From a virus (Duplodnaviria; Caudoviricetes): 43,632 nt of DNA. A program made the translations under genes and the position numbers. The notes below the pieces were generated by a model that was not told the origin of the DNA, did not search any database, and was given only the letters and a program-made list of their open reading frames with translations. Positions 27,486-37,032 of this stretch are shown here, piece by piece; position 1 is the first letter of the stretch; every line of letters starts with the position of its first letter. The DNA lies in the IMG/VR virus record IMGVR_UViG_3300029822_001168, positions 1 to 43,632 of that record; one strand, written 5' to 3'.

Positions 27486-27935
27486 ATGGCAGGCAACAAA
27501 GGAATTCAGAATAAAAAAGACATTGCAAGGCAATTATTCGTTAAGGGCGATTTTACTCAAATCGAAATTGCGGAGAAAGTAGGTGTTTCAAAGGTAACCA
27601 TCAATAAATGGATCAAAGGAGAGAACTGGGACAAAGAAAAGGTTTCAATTTCAGCCACTCGCCAGGAGCAGCTAAAACGATTATACGACCAACTTGCAGA
27701 GATTAATAAGTTCATAGCAGACAAACCTGAAGGGACTCGCTTTGCCTCTCCTGCAGAAGCTGACTCAATGAATAAGATTGCTAAAGCCATTGAGAAGCTT
27801 GAAAAAGAAACATCTTTATCAGATGTTATAACTGTTATCACTGATATCCTTGAATGGATCAGACCACAAGACCTACAAAAAACCAAAGAACTTTCCGGCA
27901 TATTCGACTTATTCATTAAATCGAAATTACAATAA
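27486..27935 (+). CDS. Terminase small subunit (HTH)
   Basis: TQIEIAEKVGVSKVTINKW HTH; overlaps the large-subunit start; likely start MAGNK. Confidence 0.75.
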   Translation: MAGNKGIQNKKDIARQLFVKGDFTQIEIAEKVGVSKVTINKWIKGENWDKEKVSISATRQEQLKRLYDQLAEINKFIADKPEGTRFASPAEADSMNKIAKAIEKLEKETSLSDVITVITDILEWIRPQDLQKTKELSGIFDLFIKSKLQ

Positions 27936-29464
27936 TGAAGCCAGGAGAAAGACAATCATTTCTCTATTGGGAGAAGTATAGAAAGAACCTATTATCCGAC
28001 ACCTATGTTGAGCGTCGTGATTCTGTATCGCTTCAAAAACACAAAGAGTATCTTGAAGCTCACCCAATAGAGTGGTGTAAATTCTTTTTCCCTAAGTTTG
28101 CCAAAGCAGAGTTTGCTCCATTTCATATTAAGTTTTTAAACAGGATTCTTAATAATGCCGAGTGGTATGAAGTAATATCATGGAGTAGAGAGTTGGCAAA
28201 ATCCACATTGGTAATGTTTGCTATAATGTACCTTGCTCTTATAGGTAAAAAAAGGAATATAATATTAGCAAGTAACTCCTGGGATAATGCAGCCAGGCTA
28301 TTGGAACCTTACAGGGCAAATCTTGATTCCAACCCAAGAATTAGAGCCTATTATGGCAATCAAAAAAACCTTGGAGCTTGGGAACAGGGAGAGTTCACCA
28401 CTTTATCCGGAGTAGCTTTTAGAGCTCTTGGTGCTGGGCAATCACCCCGTGGATCCAGGAACGACGAAATAAGACCTGATACGCTTCTTTGTGATGACTT
28501 TGACACAGATGAATCGACTCGTAATCCTGAGACGGTTAAAAAGAATTGGGAATGGTTTGAACAGGCTCTTTATCCTACACGTTCCATTTCTGAACCTTTA
28601 TTGACTATTTGGTGCGGCAATATTATAGCTAAAGATTGCTGTATTACCCGTGCTGGAGCTTTAGCCGACCATTGGGATATCATTAATATTAGAGATAAGA
28701 ATGGCAAATCTTCTTGGGCAGCAAAAAACACCGAGGAACATATCGACAGAGTATTATCCAAAATCTCACTTCGTTCTGCACAGCAAGAGTATTTCAATAA
28801 TCCTGTTGTTGAAGGGACTATATTTAAGGAAATAACATGGGGAAAATGCCCTCGTCCAAATACTATTCCTTATATAATTGTATATGGCGACCCGTCCACC
28901 TCTAATAAAGACAAGGCGACCAAAACAAAGGGAGTATCTTACAAAGCTGTATTAGCTGTGGGTTATGCAAATAATACATATTATATATATAAGGCATTTG
29001 TCGACCAAACTTCTAATTCTAATTTTGTCGACTGGTACTACAGCCTTAATGAGCTATACAGTGGAAGAACCCAAGTATATAACTATATTGAGAATAACAC
29101 CCTGCAGGACCCATTCTATGAACAGGTATTTGTACCTCTCTTTAGAAAGAGAGGAGAGGAAAAAGGACATCTACCAATAAGTGGAGATGACAGAAAGAAG
29201 CCGGATAAGTTCGCACGTATTGAAGGGAATTTAGAGCCATTAAATAGAAATGGTCAAATTATATTCAATATAGAGGAACAGGATAATCCCAATATGCAAC
29301 GCTTAGTTGAACAATTACTTAATATCAATCCACGACTATCCTTCCCTGCCGATGGTGTCGACTGTCTCGAAGGGGCTATTGTAAAAATTAACGAGAAAAT
29401 TAAATCAAACTCTACCAGCTCTTATACTGTTGGTAGGAGACCAAAAAATACTAAACGAATATGA
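27935..29464 (+). CDS. Terminase large subunit
   Basis: SRELAKS, GQSPRG, RPD..LCDD, YGDPS and DGVDCLEG motifs. Confidence 0.9.
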   Translation: MKPGERQSFLYWEKYRKNLLSDTYVERRDSVSLQKHKEYLEAHPIEWCKFFFPKFAKAEFAPFHIKFLNRILNNAEWYEVISWSRELAKSTLVMFAIMYLALIGKKRNIILASNSWDNAARLLEPYRANLDSNPRIRAYYGNQKNLGAWEQGEFTTLSGVAFRALGAGQSPRGSRNDEIRPDTLLCDDFDTDESTRNPETVKKNWEWFEQALYPTRSISEPLLTIWCGNIIAKDCCITRAGALADHWDIINIRDKNGKSSWAAKNTEEHIDRVLSKISLRSAQQEYFNNPVVEGTIFKEITWGKCPRPNTIPYIIVYGDPSTSNKDKATKTKGVSYKAVLAVGYANNTYYIYKAFVDQTSNSNFVDWYYSLNELYSGRTQVYNYIENNTLQDPFYEQVFVPLFRKRGEEKGHLPISGDDRKKPDKFARIEGNLEPLNRNGQIIFNIEEQDNPNMQRLVEQLLNINPRLSFPADGVDCLEGAIVKINEKIKSNSTSSYTVGRRPKNTKRI

Positions 29465-29694
29465 TTAAGATTATTATTAGATTCTGGAATTTTATCAGAG
29501 TAAAGAACGCTATCATTTATGCTAACGAAATGCATAAACTAACCAAAAAGCGTTACTACGTATTGCAGATAGGTGGTAAAATTAGAGTATTAACCAAAAC
29601 ACAAATCGACTACTTAGTAGCTAAGAAGGTACTTCGCAAGTCAATGCAGGAATATCCAGTGCTTGCAAAAATGTGTTTATACCATACAGTATAA
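29461..29694 (+). CDS. Hypothetical protein
   Basis: 77 aa, ATGA overlap with terminase stop. Confidence 0.65.
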   Translation: MIKIIIRFWNFIRVKNAIIYANEMHKLTKKRYYVLQIGGKIRVLTKTQIDYLVAKKVLRKSMQEYPVLAKMCLYHTV

Positions 29695-29699
29695 TAATT

Positions 29700-30116
29700 A
29701 TGTATTTAGAATTAGATGATCTTAGAAAAGGGGCATACGAAGAGACTCTTCGAGTACTCCAACGTGAAGAACAAAATGCAGAACAAGCAATAAATGATGC
29801 AATTGGAGAAATAAAGCCATATCTATCTTCAATATATGACATGGACAAAGAGTTTTCTCTGGTAGGTGAGCAAAGGAATAAGCTAATATTGAAGTTCACA
29901 AGAGATATAGCTATTTACAATATATATTGCATATCACATCCAAGCAGCATGAATGAAACCAGGAGACTTAAATACGAAGATGCAATTTCGTTTTTGCAAA
30001 AAGCCTCTCAACAAAAAGTAATCATTAACGACCTCCCTCGACTTGCAGAACCAATAACTGGTGGCAATTATTCTATAAGTGGAGGGGGAAGAACCAGACG
30101 TTCGAATCATTATTAA
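29700..30116 (+). CDS. Mu gp36-like head-tail adaptor (DUF1320-like)
   Basis: AI.DAIGEIK.YL, DIAIYNI, YEDAISFL motifs. Confidence 0.82.
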   Translation: MYLELDDLRKGAYEETLRVLQREEQNAEQAINDAIGEIKPYLSSIYDMDKEFSLVGEQRNKLILKFTRDIAIYNIYCISHPSSMNETRRLKYEDAISFLQKASQQKVIINDLPRLAEPITGGNYSISGGGRTRRSNHY

Positions 30117-30125
30117 TAAAAGACT

Positions 30126-31367
30126 ATGAGCACAGCAACGATTAAGAAGGGAGATAATAATAAGAAAATCAATCTAACCAACATTAATATAATGTCGGTT
30201 AACAGAAGAACTCAAGATATCAAATCTTGGCGTAACGCTCTGAAAGCCTTTGAGAGTACTCTCAATCCTAATAGAACATTATTATATGACCTATTAGATG
30301 ACGTTCTATTAGATGGTCAGATAGAAGCCACATGGGGTAAACGTCAAGACCAGATTCTTAACAAGGATTTGCTCTTTGTAAAAGATGGTAAAGATGACGA
30401 GGAGATTAATAAGATACTTAATTCTCCGGACATGAGAGGAATAGTCAAAGAGATTCATAACTCCATAGCATGGGGTTATTCGCTTATTCAAATAAACTCT
30501 ATCACTTGGGATGAAGACCAAGAGCAATACAGAATAGATTATGAATTAATCCCTCGTAAACATGTTCACCCAGAGAGAGAATTTGAATGCGTAAGTATTA
30601 ATCAAGGAGTTCTTACTCGTGACTTCCTATACAAAGAAAAGCCAATTTCTGACTATATGATTTGGGCAGGAGAACCGGCCGATAAAGGTCTATTGTTTAA
30701 GGCTGCTCAATATGTAATATATAAAAGAGGAGGCTTTGGCGACTGGGCTCAGTTTGCTGAAATGTTTGGAATGCCATTCAGAGAGGTAACTTACGATGAT
30801 TACGACGATGCCACACGAGTTAAACTTGAGCAACAACTCCAAGATTGGGGTGGATTCTCATATCTACTTCACCCAAAAGGTAGCGAGCTAAAGCTTCACG
30901 AATCATCCTCAGGCAGTGGATCAACAGTATTCAAAGAACTTCACGATACCTGCGATGCTGCAATATCTAAGACTATTCTGGGCAATACACTTACAACCGA
31001 GCAGGGCAATAAGGGAACTCAAGCCCTGGGTATTGTTCACCAGGATGCAGAAAATGAAAAACACCTTAGCGACGCTAAGCTTGTTTTAGGCATACTTAAT
31101 ACACAATTTAAAGCTCTCTTAAAGCGATTTGGTTTCGATACAAAAGGAGGTTCTATCTGGTTTGCAACCCCAGAGAAAGATTGGAATGCATTACAGACTA
31201 AATGGAATGTAATCTATGGCATTGCAAGCATGATACCTGTCGAAGATGATTATATATACGAAGAATTTGACATCCCAAAGCCAAAGGATTATAATGCTAT
31301 AAAAAAAGAGAAAAATCAAAATCTTAAGGAGGACGACAGTTTTTTCGACTTTCCCCCTTTAGACTAA
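30126..31367 (+). CDS. Portal protein (Mu gp29/DUF935-like)
   Basis: WAQFAEMFGMP, ISKTILGNTLTT, ALGIVH motifs. Confidence 0.9.
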   Translation: MSTATIKKGDNNKKINLTNINIMSVNRRTQDIKSWRNALKAFESTLNPNRTLLYDLLDDVLLDGQIEATWGKRQDQILNKDLLFVKDGKDDEEINKILNSPDMRGIVKEIHNSIAWGYSLIQINSITWDEDQEQYRIDYELIPRKHVHPEREFECVSINQGVLTRDFLYKEKPISDYMIWAGEPADKGLLFKAAQYVIYKRGGFGDWAQFAEMFGMPFREVTYDDYDDATRVKLEQQLQDWGGFSYLLHPKGSELKLHESSSGSGSTVFKELHDTCDAAISKTILGNTLTTEQGNKGTQALGIVHQDAENEKHLSDAKLVLGILNTQFKALLKRFGFDTKGGSIWFATPEKDWNALQTKWNVIYGIASMIPVEDDYIYEEFDIPKPKDYNAIKKEKNQNLKEDDSFFDFPPLD

Positions 31368-31373
31368 AGGGGG
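31340..31373 (+). promoter_or_regulatory. Candidate -1 ribosomal frameshift signal
   Basis: T TTT TTC at 31340-31346, 6-nt spacer, hairpin CCCCCTTTA-GAC-TAAAGGGGG at 31353-31373. Confidence 0.75.
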
Positions 31374-32380
31374 TTAATCTTGAAGATAACGATATTCCTT
31401 CTAAAGCAGAACTTGCCGAGCAATATACAGAAAGCTTTACTAAAGGAGTAAAACAAGTATTCAACGCCAATATAGGAGACAAAGACTTCGATCTTCAACA
31501 TCGCCTGCAGGCAAATGTTACTAAATTCGCTTATTGCAAAGCTTCAGAAGCGGAGAAGATGATTGCTAAAACAGATAACTTCGCTAAAAAGCAACATATA
31601 GTAAAAAAACTTGACCTATACCAAAAAACAGAACGCAACACTACTATTGCAAGAGCTCGTTCAGCTAAGCAATACAATACTTTTTTACAAGAGAAAGACC
31701 TTTATCCAAACATCAAGTGGATTCCTTCTCGTTCTGCTGATCCTCGAGAAGCACATCGCTTGTTCTACGGAAAAGTCCTACCAGCTGACCATCCATTTTG
31801 GCAAGAGAACTTCCCTGGTAACCTATGGAATTGCAAGTGTGACTGGACTCATACCGATGAACCTGTTACTTCTTTTCCTCAAGCCAATGTAAAACCACAC
31901 TCAGGACTTGAAGGCAATCCAGCCCTTACAGGTGAGATATTCTCAGAGAAAACAACCTGGTTCAAAAAGGCAGGCAAAGAGGGAATTTGGCAGATTGAGA
32001 AAGAAATAAGAAAGAAATGCACTAAAAAAGCAAAAATAAAACTTATCAATAAACTTATCAATCAATCAATAATTACAAACGGGGGACAAAAGGAAATAAA
32101 GATAGGATTTTCAGCAAGAGGTATAAATCATCTTGAACACGACGGTTTTCCTAACTTAACTTATAAATCTCTATTAATGCCAATATTGGATGAAGTCGTT
32201 AAGATTGCTGTATATGTTGGAACTGATATTAATGATGACATAGAGAACAACCCAATGGTTAACCTGTATCATTATTTTAAAGTAATATTATTAGGAGAAA
32301 AATGGTACTTAAATGTAAGAGAATTAAAGGATGGCAAATTTCTTTTATACTCTTTAACACAAAGAAAAGAAGGTAAATAA
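31346..32380 (+). CDS. MuF (gpF) minor head protein with C-terminal extension, likely expressed as portal fusion
   Basis: KTERNT, PREAH, HPFW....PGNLWNCKC MuF motifs; frame open from 31328 but first start codon at 31559. Confidence 0.8.
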   Translation, partial: RLSPFRLKGVNLEDNDIPSKAELAEQYTESFTKGVKQVFNANIGDKDFDLQHRLQANVTKFAYCKASEAEKMIAKTDNFAKKQHIVKKLDLYQKTERNTTIARARSAKQYNTFLQEKDLYPNIKWIPSRSADPREAHRLFYGKVLPADHPFWQENFPGNLWNCKCDWTHTDEPVTSFPQANVKPHSGLEGNPALTGEIFSEKTTWFKKAGKEGIWQIEKEIRKKCTKKAKIKLINKLINQSIITNGGQKEIKIGFSARGINHLEHDGFPNLTYKSLLMPILDEVVKIAVYVGTDINDDIENNPMVNLYHYFKVILLGEKWYLNVRELKDGKFLLYSLTQRKEGK

Positions 32381-32484
32381 TCCATCACATGTTTCTCTAT
32401 CGGAAAGCAGCTGAAATTATAAACCTTCTTTTCATTTGCAAAGATACAACATAAAACACAAAAAGTCAAGTAAAAAATAAAAAA

Positions 32485-32940
32485 ATGAACCCTGACCAAT
32501 TTAAAAAGCATTTAAATGCTGTTCAAATACAGATTAAAACCTTTGCTAAAAAGGATGCTCCACGCATAGCTGGCAAGGTGGCAATAGACCACTTTAAGGA
32601 GAATTTTCAAAACGAAGCTTTTGAAAAAAAGAAATGGAAAGAAGTTAAACGAAGAAAAAGCAAATACACTAAAGGAGCTAAGAAAATAAGAAAAATACTT
32701 ACAGGCGACACAGGCGACCTTGGTCGCTCAATAGAAAATGCAAAATATTCTAACAATACCGCCACCATCACTTCCGACTTGCCTTATTCTGCAGTTCATA
32801 ACGAGGGGCTTCGAGCAGGTAGAGGTAGAGGGTTCAGAATGCCTAAACGTCAATTTATGGCTCATAGCTCTAAGCTTGCAGAAAAAACAGAAAAAGAGAT
32901 AATAAAGAAATTAGATATAATAATACACAAAACAAAATGA
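32485..32940 (+). CDS. Virion morphogenesis protein (Mu gpG-like)
   Basis: LTGDTGDLGRSI, YSAVHNEG, MPKRQFM motifs. Confidence 0.85.
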   Translation: MNPDQFKKHLNAVQIQIKTFAKKDAPRIAGKVAIDHFKENFQNEAFEKKKWKEVKRRKSKYTKGAKKIRKILTGDTGDLGRSIENAKYSNNTATITSDLPYSAVHNEGLRAGRGRGFRMPKRQFMAHSSKLAEKTEKEIIKKLDIIIHKTK

Positions 32941-33431
32941 AACAAATATTCTTGGACATAAGAGATATAATCTTAGACATTAAAGACTCTAACCACAACC
33001 AAATAATTAAGTATTTTGACCTGTGGAATCGTCAGCTTGAGTTCCTCGCCGAGGATTCTCCAGCCGACTATCCTGCTGCCTATATTGAATTTCTTCCCAT
33101 AGAGTGGCAGACTTTAGGAGAGGGAGTTCAAGACGCCGATTTCGAATTCAGACTTCATATAGTAACTCGTTGGTACGGGCAAACTTATTCAACCGCTCCA
33201 CAAGAAATTGCATCAGAGCAATTAGATTATTTAGATATTCCAAATAAAATATTCAAAGTTCTTCAAGGCTCATGCATAACTAATACCAACAACATTATTA
33301 GAACAAATACAGAATTTGACCACAACCACGAAAATTACATCGAAACAGTAGAGACATATCGTTGTCATATAGTAGACACTCAAGCACAAGCACAACCATT
33401 ACAACTCAACCTTAACCCAATAATAAATTGA
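32937..33431 (+). CDS. Putative tail terminator (Mu gp37-like)
   Basis: DLWNRQ, PAAYIEF..I.W motifs. Confidence 0.65.
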   Translation: MKQIFLDIRDIILDIKDSNHNQIIKYFDLWNRQLEFLAEDSPADYPAAYIEFLPIEWQTLGEGVQDADFEFRLHIVTRWYGQTYSTAPQEIASEQLDYLDIPNKIFKVLQGSCITNTNNIIRTNTEFDHNHENYIETVETYRCHIVDTQAQAQPLQLNLNPIIN

Positions 33432-33448
33432 TAATAAAAAGATACAAA

Positions 33449-33478
33449 AAAAAGGTGAGCAATTTTGCTCACCTTTTT
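33449..33478. terminator. Bidirectional intrinsic terminator
   Basis: AAAAAGGTGAGCAA-TT-TTGCTCACCTTTTT between convergent genes. Confidence 0.88.
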
Positions 33479-33494
33479 CATTTACATTTAATAC

Positions 33495-34070
33495 CTAAAA
33501 CTCATTCTGCGATTCTTTTGCTTTCTCTTTTTCCAAACTATCAATCTTATATTCTATTGGTGCATTAGTGTATCTCATATAAGACTCATCTAAAACAAAT
33601 TGACCAAACTCAATAACCATATTATCTTTAAAATAGTAATAATCTTCAACTTCATCATCAAACAAATTTTTCACTGTATGAAGATAAAAATCTTTATTTT
33701 TTTTCATAAAACCAGCAAAAAGAAATAAATATGTACTTTTATTATCTGAAACATAATAAACTTCATATAAAGTATCATTGTAAAATTTGGGATTAATCTT
33801 AAGTTTAAATTTGTCTATATCATCAACATAATCATAACAATAAATATCCTTTTCGACATAAATTTTGCCAATAGATATAAGAGAATCCATATATCTATAA
33901 TAATCATCTTTAGACATTTCAAAATTAAGACCAAGAAAACACTTTGTTTCTTTAACTTCTGAGAGCTTAGCCTTATTTTCAAGCTCATATAAATATGCCC
34001 AATCTTCTTCTTTCTTATTACATGATACAAGAGCATAAATAACTAAAATTACTAATAATATTCTTTTCAT
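33495..34070 (-). CDS. Lipoprotein moron
   Basis: MKRILLVILVIYALVS-C lipobox; own TATATTTG element at 34093-34100. Confidence 0.8.
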   Translation of the reverse strand: MKRILLVILVIYALVSCNKKEEDWAYLYELENKAKLSEVKETKCFLGLNFEMSKDDYYRYMDSLISIGKIYVEKDIYCYDYVDDIDKFKLKINPKFYNDTLYEVYYVSDNKSTYLFLFAGFMKKNKDFYLHTVKNLFDDEVEDYYYFKDNMVIEFGQFVLDESYMRYTNAPIEYKIDSLEKEKAKESQNEF

Positions 34071-34105
34071 TTTCTTAACTTTTTTAATTCTGCAAATATA
34101 ATAAT

Positions 34106-34372
34106 TTATTCTTTCTGACCTTTTTTTTCTTCCTGTTCTTCTAACTCTGCAATTCGAGCATTTAATGATGGTTCTTCAAGTATACGCCTGAATTGGCTAT
34201 ATGACATTGGATAAATAGGATAAATATGTTTAAAGAACACTCTGATTAGAAGAGTCTCTCCTGGTTCGTGGTATTCCTTTGTCAAGTCTTGTATTTTCTT
34301 ATAATATCTCAACTTGTGAAGTTGTCTGCAAGGACGATTGACTCTTTTTTTCTTATTTTTTTTGTTTTTCAT
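34106..34372 (-). CDS. Small basic putative DNA-binding regulator (late-activator candidate)
   Basis: HIYPIYPMSYSQFRRIL HTH-like motif; last gene of early operon; likely start MKNKKN. Confidence 0.55.
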   Translation of the reverse strand: MKNKKNKKKRVNRPCRQLHKLRYYKKIQDLTKEYHEPGETLLIRVFFKHIYPIYPMSYSQFRRILEEPSLNARIAELEEQEEKKGQKE

Positions 34373-34396
34373 ATATCCCACCAAATAAATTATATG

Positions 34397-34455
34397 TATA
34401 TTTGCAAGTGTTCTACTTCTTTGCTCCATACGATCTATTCGGTGGGGCTTTTTTT
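34397..34455 (+). ncRNA. Candidate short antisense RNA
   Basis: TATATTTG at 34397-34404, GCTCCA...TGGGGC hairpin and T7 run ending at 34455. Confidence 0.5.
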
Positions 34456-34819
34456 ATAATGCTAAGTCAGTTATCATATTCTCTTCTTTCTCCATATTCT
34501 TAATCTCTTCACCTAATATTCTAAGTAAATCTTGAACAAGTATAAAATTTCCATGATCAAACTTATTTTGATATATGCCCTGCTGTATATAACTATATAA
34601 AAGACTATATAATGAAAAACTCACACATGCAACTATTGATGGTGTTTTTTTTGCTTTAGGTAGTTTTTTTATCAACTTAGGATATTCTTCTTTCAGCAAA
34701 ACAAGAGAGCAGTAAGCAATAGGAGTATCAAATTCTTTAACTGTATCAATACTTTGTTTGACTAATAAGCATAAATATTTATAGTCGCTAATACTCAGTT
34801 TTATTTTAATATTTTTCAT
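34454..34819 (-). CDS. Hypothetical protein
   Basis: 121-aa ORF in early operon. Confidence 0.7.
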   Translation of the reverse strand: MKNIKIKLSISDYKYLCLLVKQSIDTVKEFDTPIAYCSLVLLKEEYPKLIKKLPKAKKTPSIVACVSFSLYSLLYSYIQQGIYQNKFDHGNFILVQDLLRILGEEIKNMEKEENMITDLAL

Positions 34820-34831
34820 AGTCCCTTTTGT

Positions 34832-35119
34832 TTATTTAGTCCCTTTTGTCAATGAATTCTTTTTAGGCATCTCCTGAACAGTAAACACGCCTTCACGTCC
34901 ATCCTTACGCAATGATGAAGAGCATATATTAGTGCTGCAAGCACCAGGGAACCTGTCAAACCAGCAATGTCTGCAAGTATTTTTTGTAACCTTATTAACA
35001 GGCTTAAAAGTCGCTGTAATTCCACCATAACTAACAGTGTTCTGATCATCTGAAATAACCAATTCTTTAATGTCCTTAACCTCCTTAGAGTCCTTAATCT
35101 CCTTATTTAGTTGTTCCAT
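34832..35119 (-). CDS. Hypothetical Cys-rich protein
   Basis: CRHC...C...C motif. Confidence 0.7.
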   Translation of the reverse strand: MEQLNKEIKDSKEVKDIKELVISDDQNTVSYGGITATFKPVNKVTKNTCRHCWFDRFPGACSTNICSSSLRKDGREGVFTVQEMPKKNSLTKGTK

Positions 35120-35517
35120 AATTCAGCATTTAGATAAGTTTCTGCATATTTTTTTCGAGTACCTGCAGGAATAGAGGCAAAATACTTTCCAATAAAATAG
35201 AACGCCTTAGTTCTTTCTTCAACAGGCATTTTATCCCATTTTGCCTGAGTCTTCTTCCTGGATGAATTAAGCTTATCGTCGTAGCGGTTCCAAAACATTT
35301 CAAAATCAATAATAAGCTTTTCAAACTTACTATCCGAATTAGGACCGTTAAAATGCTCCATCATGGCAGGTATTCCTTTTTGCATCATTGAGAGAACGAA
35401 TTTTTGTTGACCAACTGTAACCGATGACTCAGTAAAGTTAGCTTGAAGGTTATTACCATCCTTAGTAACAATAACCTTTCCCATAAAGGCTTCTGAAATT
35501 AAAATATATTGTTCCAT
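35107..35517 (-). CDS. Hypothetical protein
   Basis: FEMFWNRYD...KW.KM...KKYAETYLN motif. Confidence 0.75.
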   Translation of the reverse strand: MEQYILISEAFMGKVIVTKDGNNLQANFTESSVTVGQQKFVLSMMQKGIPAMMEHFNGPNSDSKFEKLIIDFEMFWNRYDDKLNSSRKKTQAKWDKMPVEERTKAFYFIGKYFASIPAGTRKKYAETYLNAELWNN

Positions 35518-35527
35518 AACATCCTCC

Positions 35528-36187
35528 TTACGCTTCAGTCATTCCGAGAGGAACATTAACCCATTCACCGTTATCCAACTTCTTTTCAGCTCTCACAAAT
35601 TGTTTTGAAAATATAGGCTTGTAAGCCTCTTTAATTATTCTAACGCCATCTTTGAATAGTTCGCTATCAGATTTGTCTGCAATGTTAGAAAGAGCCACAA
35701 CTTTACCTGGCTTAATATTTCCTTTCTTATCCTTAGCCAATAACTGCAATATGGCATCTACCAACTGCTCTGTTTTCTCATCTTGCGACAAAGATTTAAT
35801 ATATTGCCTTACCTTTTCTACGCCTTCATTAACTGTATCGTCATAATTATCAATAACAGAATAGCCAACACAAATTCTCCTATCTCCCTTAGCATTGGTA
35901 AACGTATGAGTGTTCTGACTATCCTTTGTATCATATAACTCTTTTTTCATAGCGATAGCGGTTGTAAAGCTATCGTATACTCTTTTTTTGCCTCCACCCA
36001 AGCTATGGGCTAAATTCTCAAGCATAGGGAATAGCTCATCAACCATAGAGCTAACCATATTCTTATAATTTTCTCTCTCTTCCAATTGCTTTTGTTTAGC
36101 TACAATAGCTGCTTTTTCTTGTTTCATTTTTTGGAGTTCTGCATACTCATCAGCAGACATTTCCACACTAATTGTTTCTTTACTCAT
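35528..36187 (-). CDS. DUF3164-like protein of Mu-like phages
   Basis: HTFT, YDDTVNEGV, W..VPLGMTE motifs; likely start MSKETI. Confidence 0.78.
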   Translation of the reverse strand: MSKETISVEMSADEYAELQKMKQEKAAIVAKQKQLEERENYKNMVSSMVDELFPMLENLAHSLGGGKKRVYDSFTTAIAMKKELYDTKDSQNTHTFTNAKGDRRICVGYSVIDNYDDTVNEGVEKVRQYIKSLSQDEKTEQLVDAILQLLAKDKKGNIKPGKVVALSNIADKSDSELFKDGVRIIKEAYKPIFSKQFVRAEKKLDNGEWVNVPLGMTEA

Positions 36188-36285
36188 CTTTATACTTTTA
36201 AATATGTTATTGATTATGTTTATCATAAATTTACTTTGTCAAAATTAAAATACGATTAACCTATACATCGAGAGGTAAGTAAGGC

Positions 36286-36654
36286 TTAATCCAAAAGAAT
36301 CCAATCATTGGCTAACATATCAGATTGTGAAGCAAGCCAGCCGTTAACAATTGTGCCGTCAGCAGCTTTTAAGCATAAGTAAGCTGTGAATTTTACTTCA
36401 TCGTCAACGCTTAATTTTTCTTCAGGTATTTCAACTCCATTTTTGTCTAAAATGTCTTGCTTATAATAATCTTTTACAGATTGAGGCAAAGACTTAATGG
36501 CGTTAACAACTTTAGAAATATGAATAGAATCTGCTGGACGCATAAATACGAACATCCCTTTTCCATTCCAACCTTCACGAGCAACTCGTTTTCCTAACTT
36601 TAAGAAGCCTATAGCTTCTCCAAAGTCAAATAAATTTGGTTTGTTTGTTCCCAT
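36286..36654 (-). CDS. DUF2829 / Tad2-like anti-defence protein
   Basis: FGEAI..LK.GKRVAREGWNGKGMF and GWLASQSDMLANDW signature. Confidence 0.85.
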   Translation of the reverse strand: MGTNKPNLFDFGEAIGFLKLGKRVAREGWNGKGMFVFMRPADSIHISKVVNAIKSLPQSVKDYYKQDILDKNGVEIPEEKLSVDDEVKFTAYLCLKAADGTIVNGWLASQSDMLANDWILLD

Positions 36655-36756
36655 AGTGTTTTTGCAATTACCTTATACTATTGCGAGGTTTTTAAATTGT
36701 TATTTGTAAATTATATTGGAACTCGTCTCTTAAAGTAGCGACCTGTTTAATTTCCA

Positions 36757-37026
36757 TTATTTATTCTCGTTTATTAATTTTAATTGCTCATCTATCAATT
36801 TAGGCATATCTTCTGGCGATGCTTCGTATAGCCATAACCTTAACATTAAAACATTCAATTTTGGGTCATTTAGTTCTATAGCTCTTTCTGCTACACAGCC
36901 TAACAAAATTCTAAATTGATTAATGGGCGTCTTAAGCACTCCAAATCCTCTATCTAAGCCACAATCAACTATTTCGGTTAATAACCCAATCGTGTTTACT
37001 GAAAATTGCATATATTTTTTTGCCAT
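36757..37026 (-). CDS. Hypothetical protein
   Basis: 89-aa ORF; VAERAIELNDPKLN motif. Confidence 0.7.
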   Translation of the reverse strand: MAKKYMQFSVNTIGLLTEIVDCGLDRGFGVLKTPINQFRILLGCVAERAIELNDPKLNVLMLRLWLYEASPEDMPKLIDEQLKLINENK

Positions 37027-37032
37027 TGTGTG

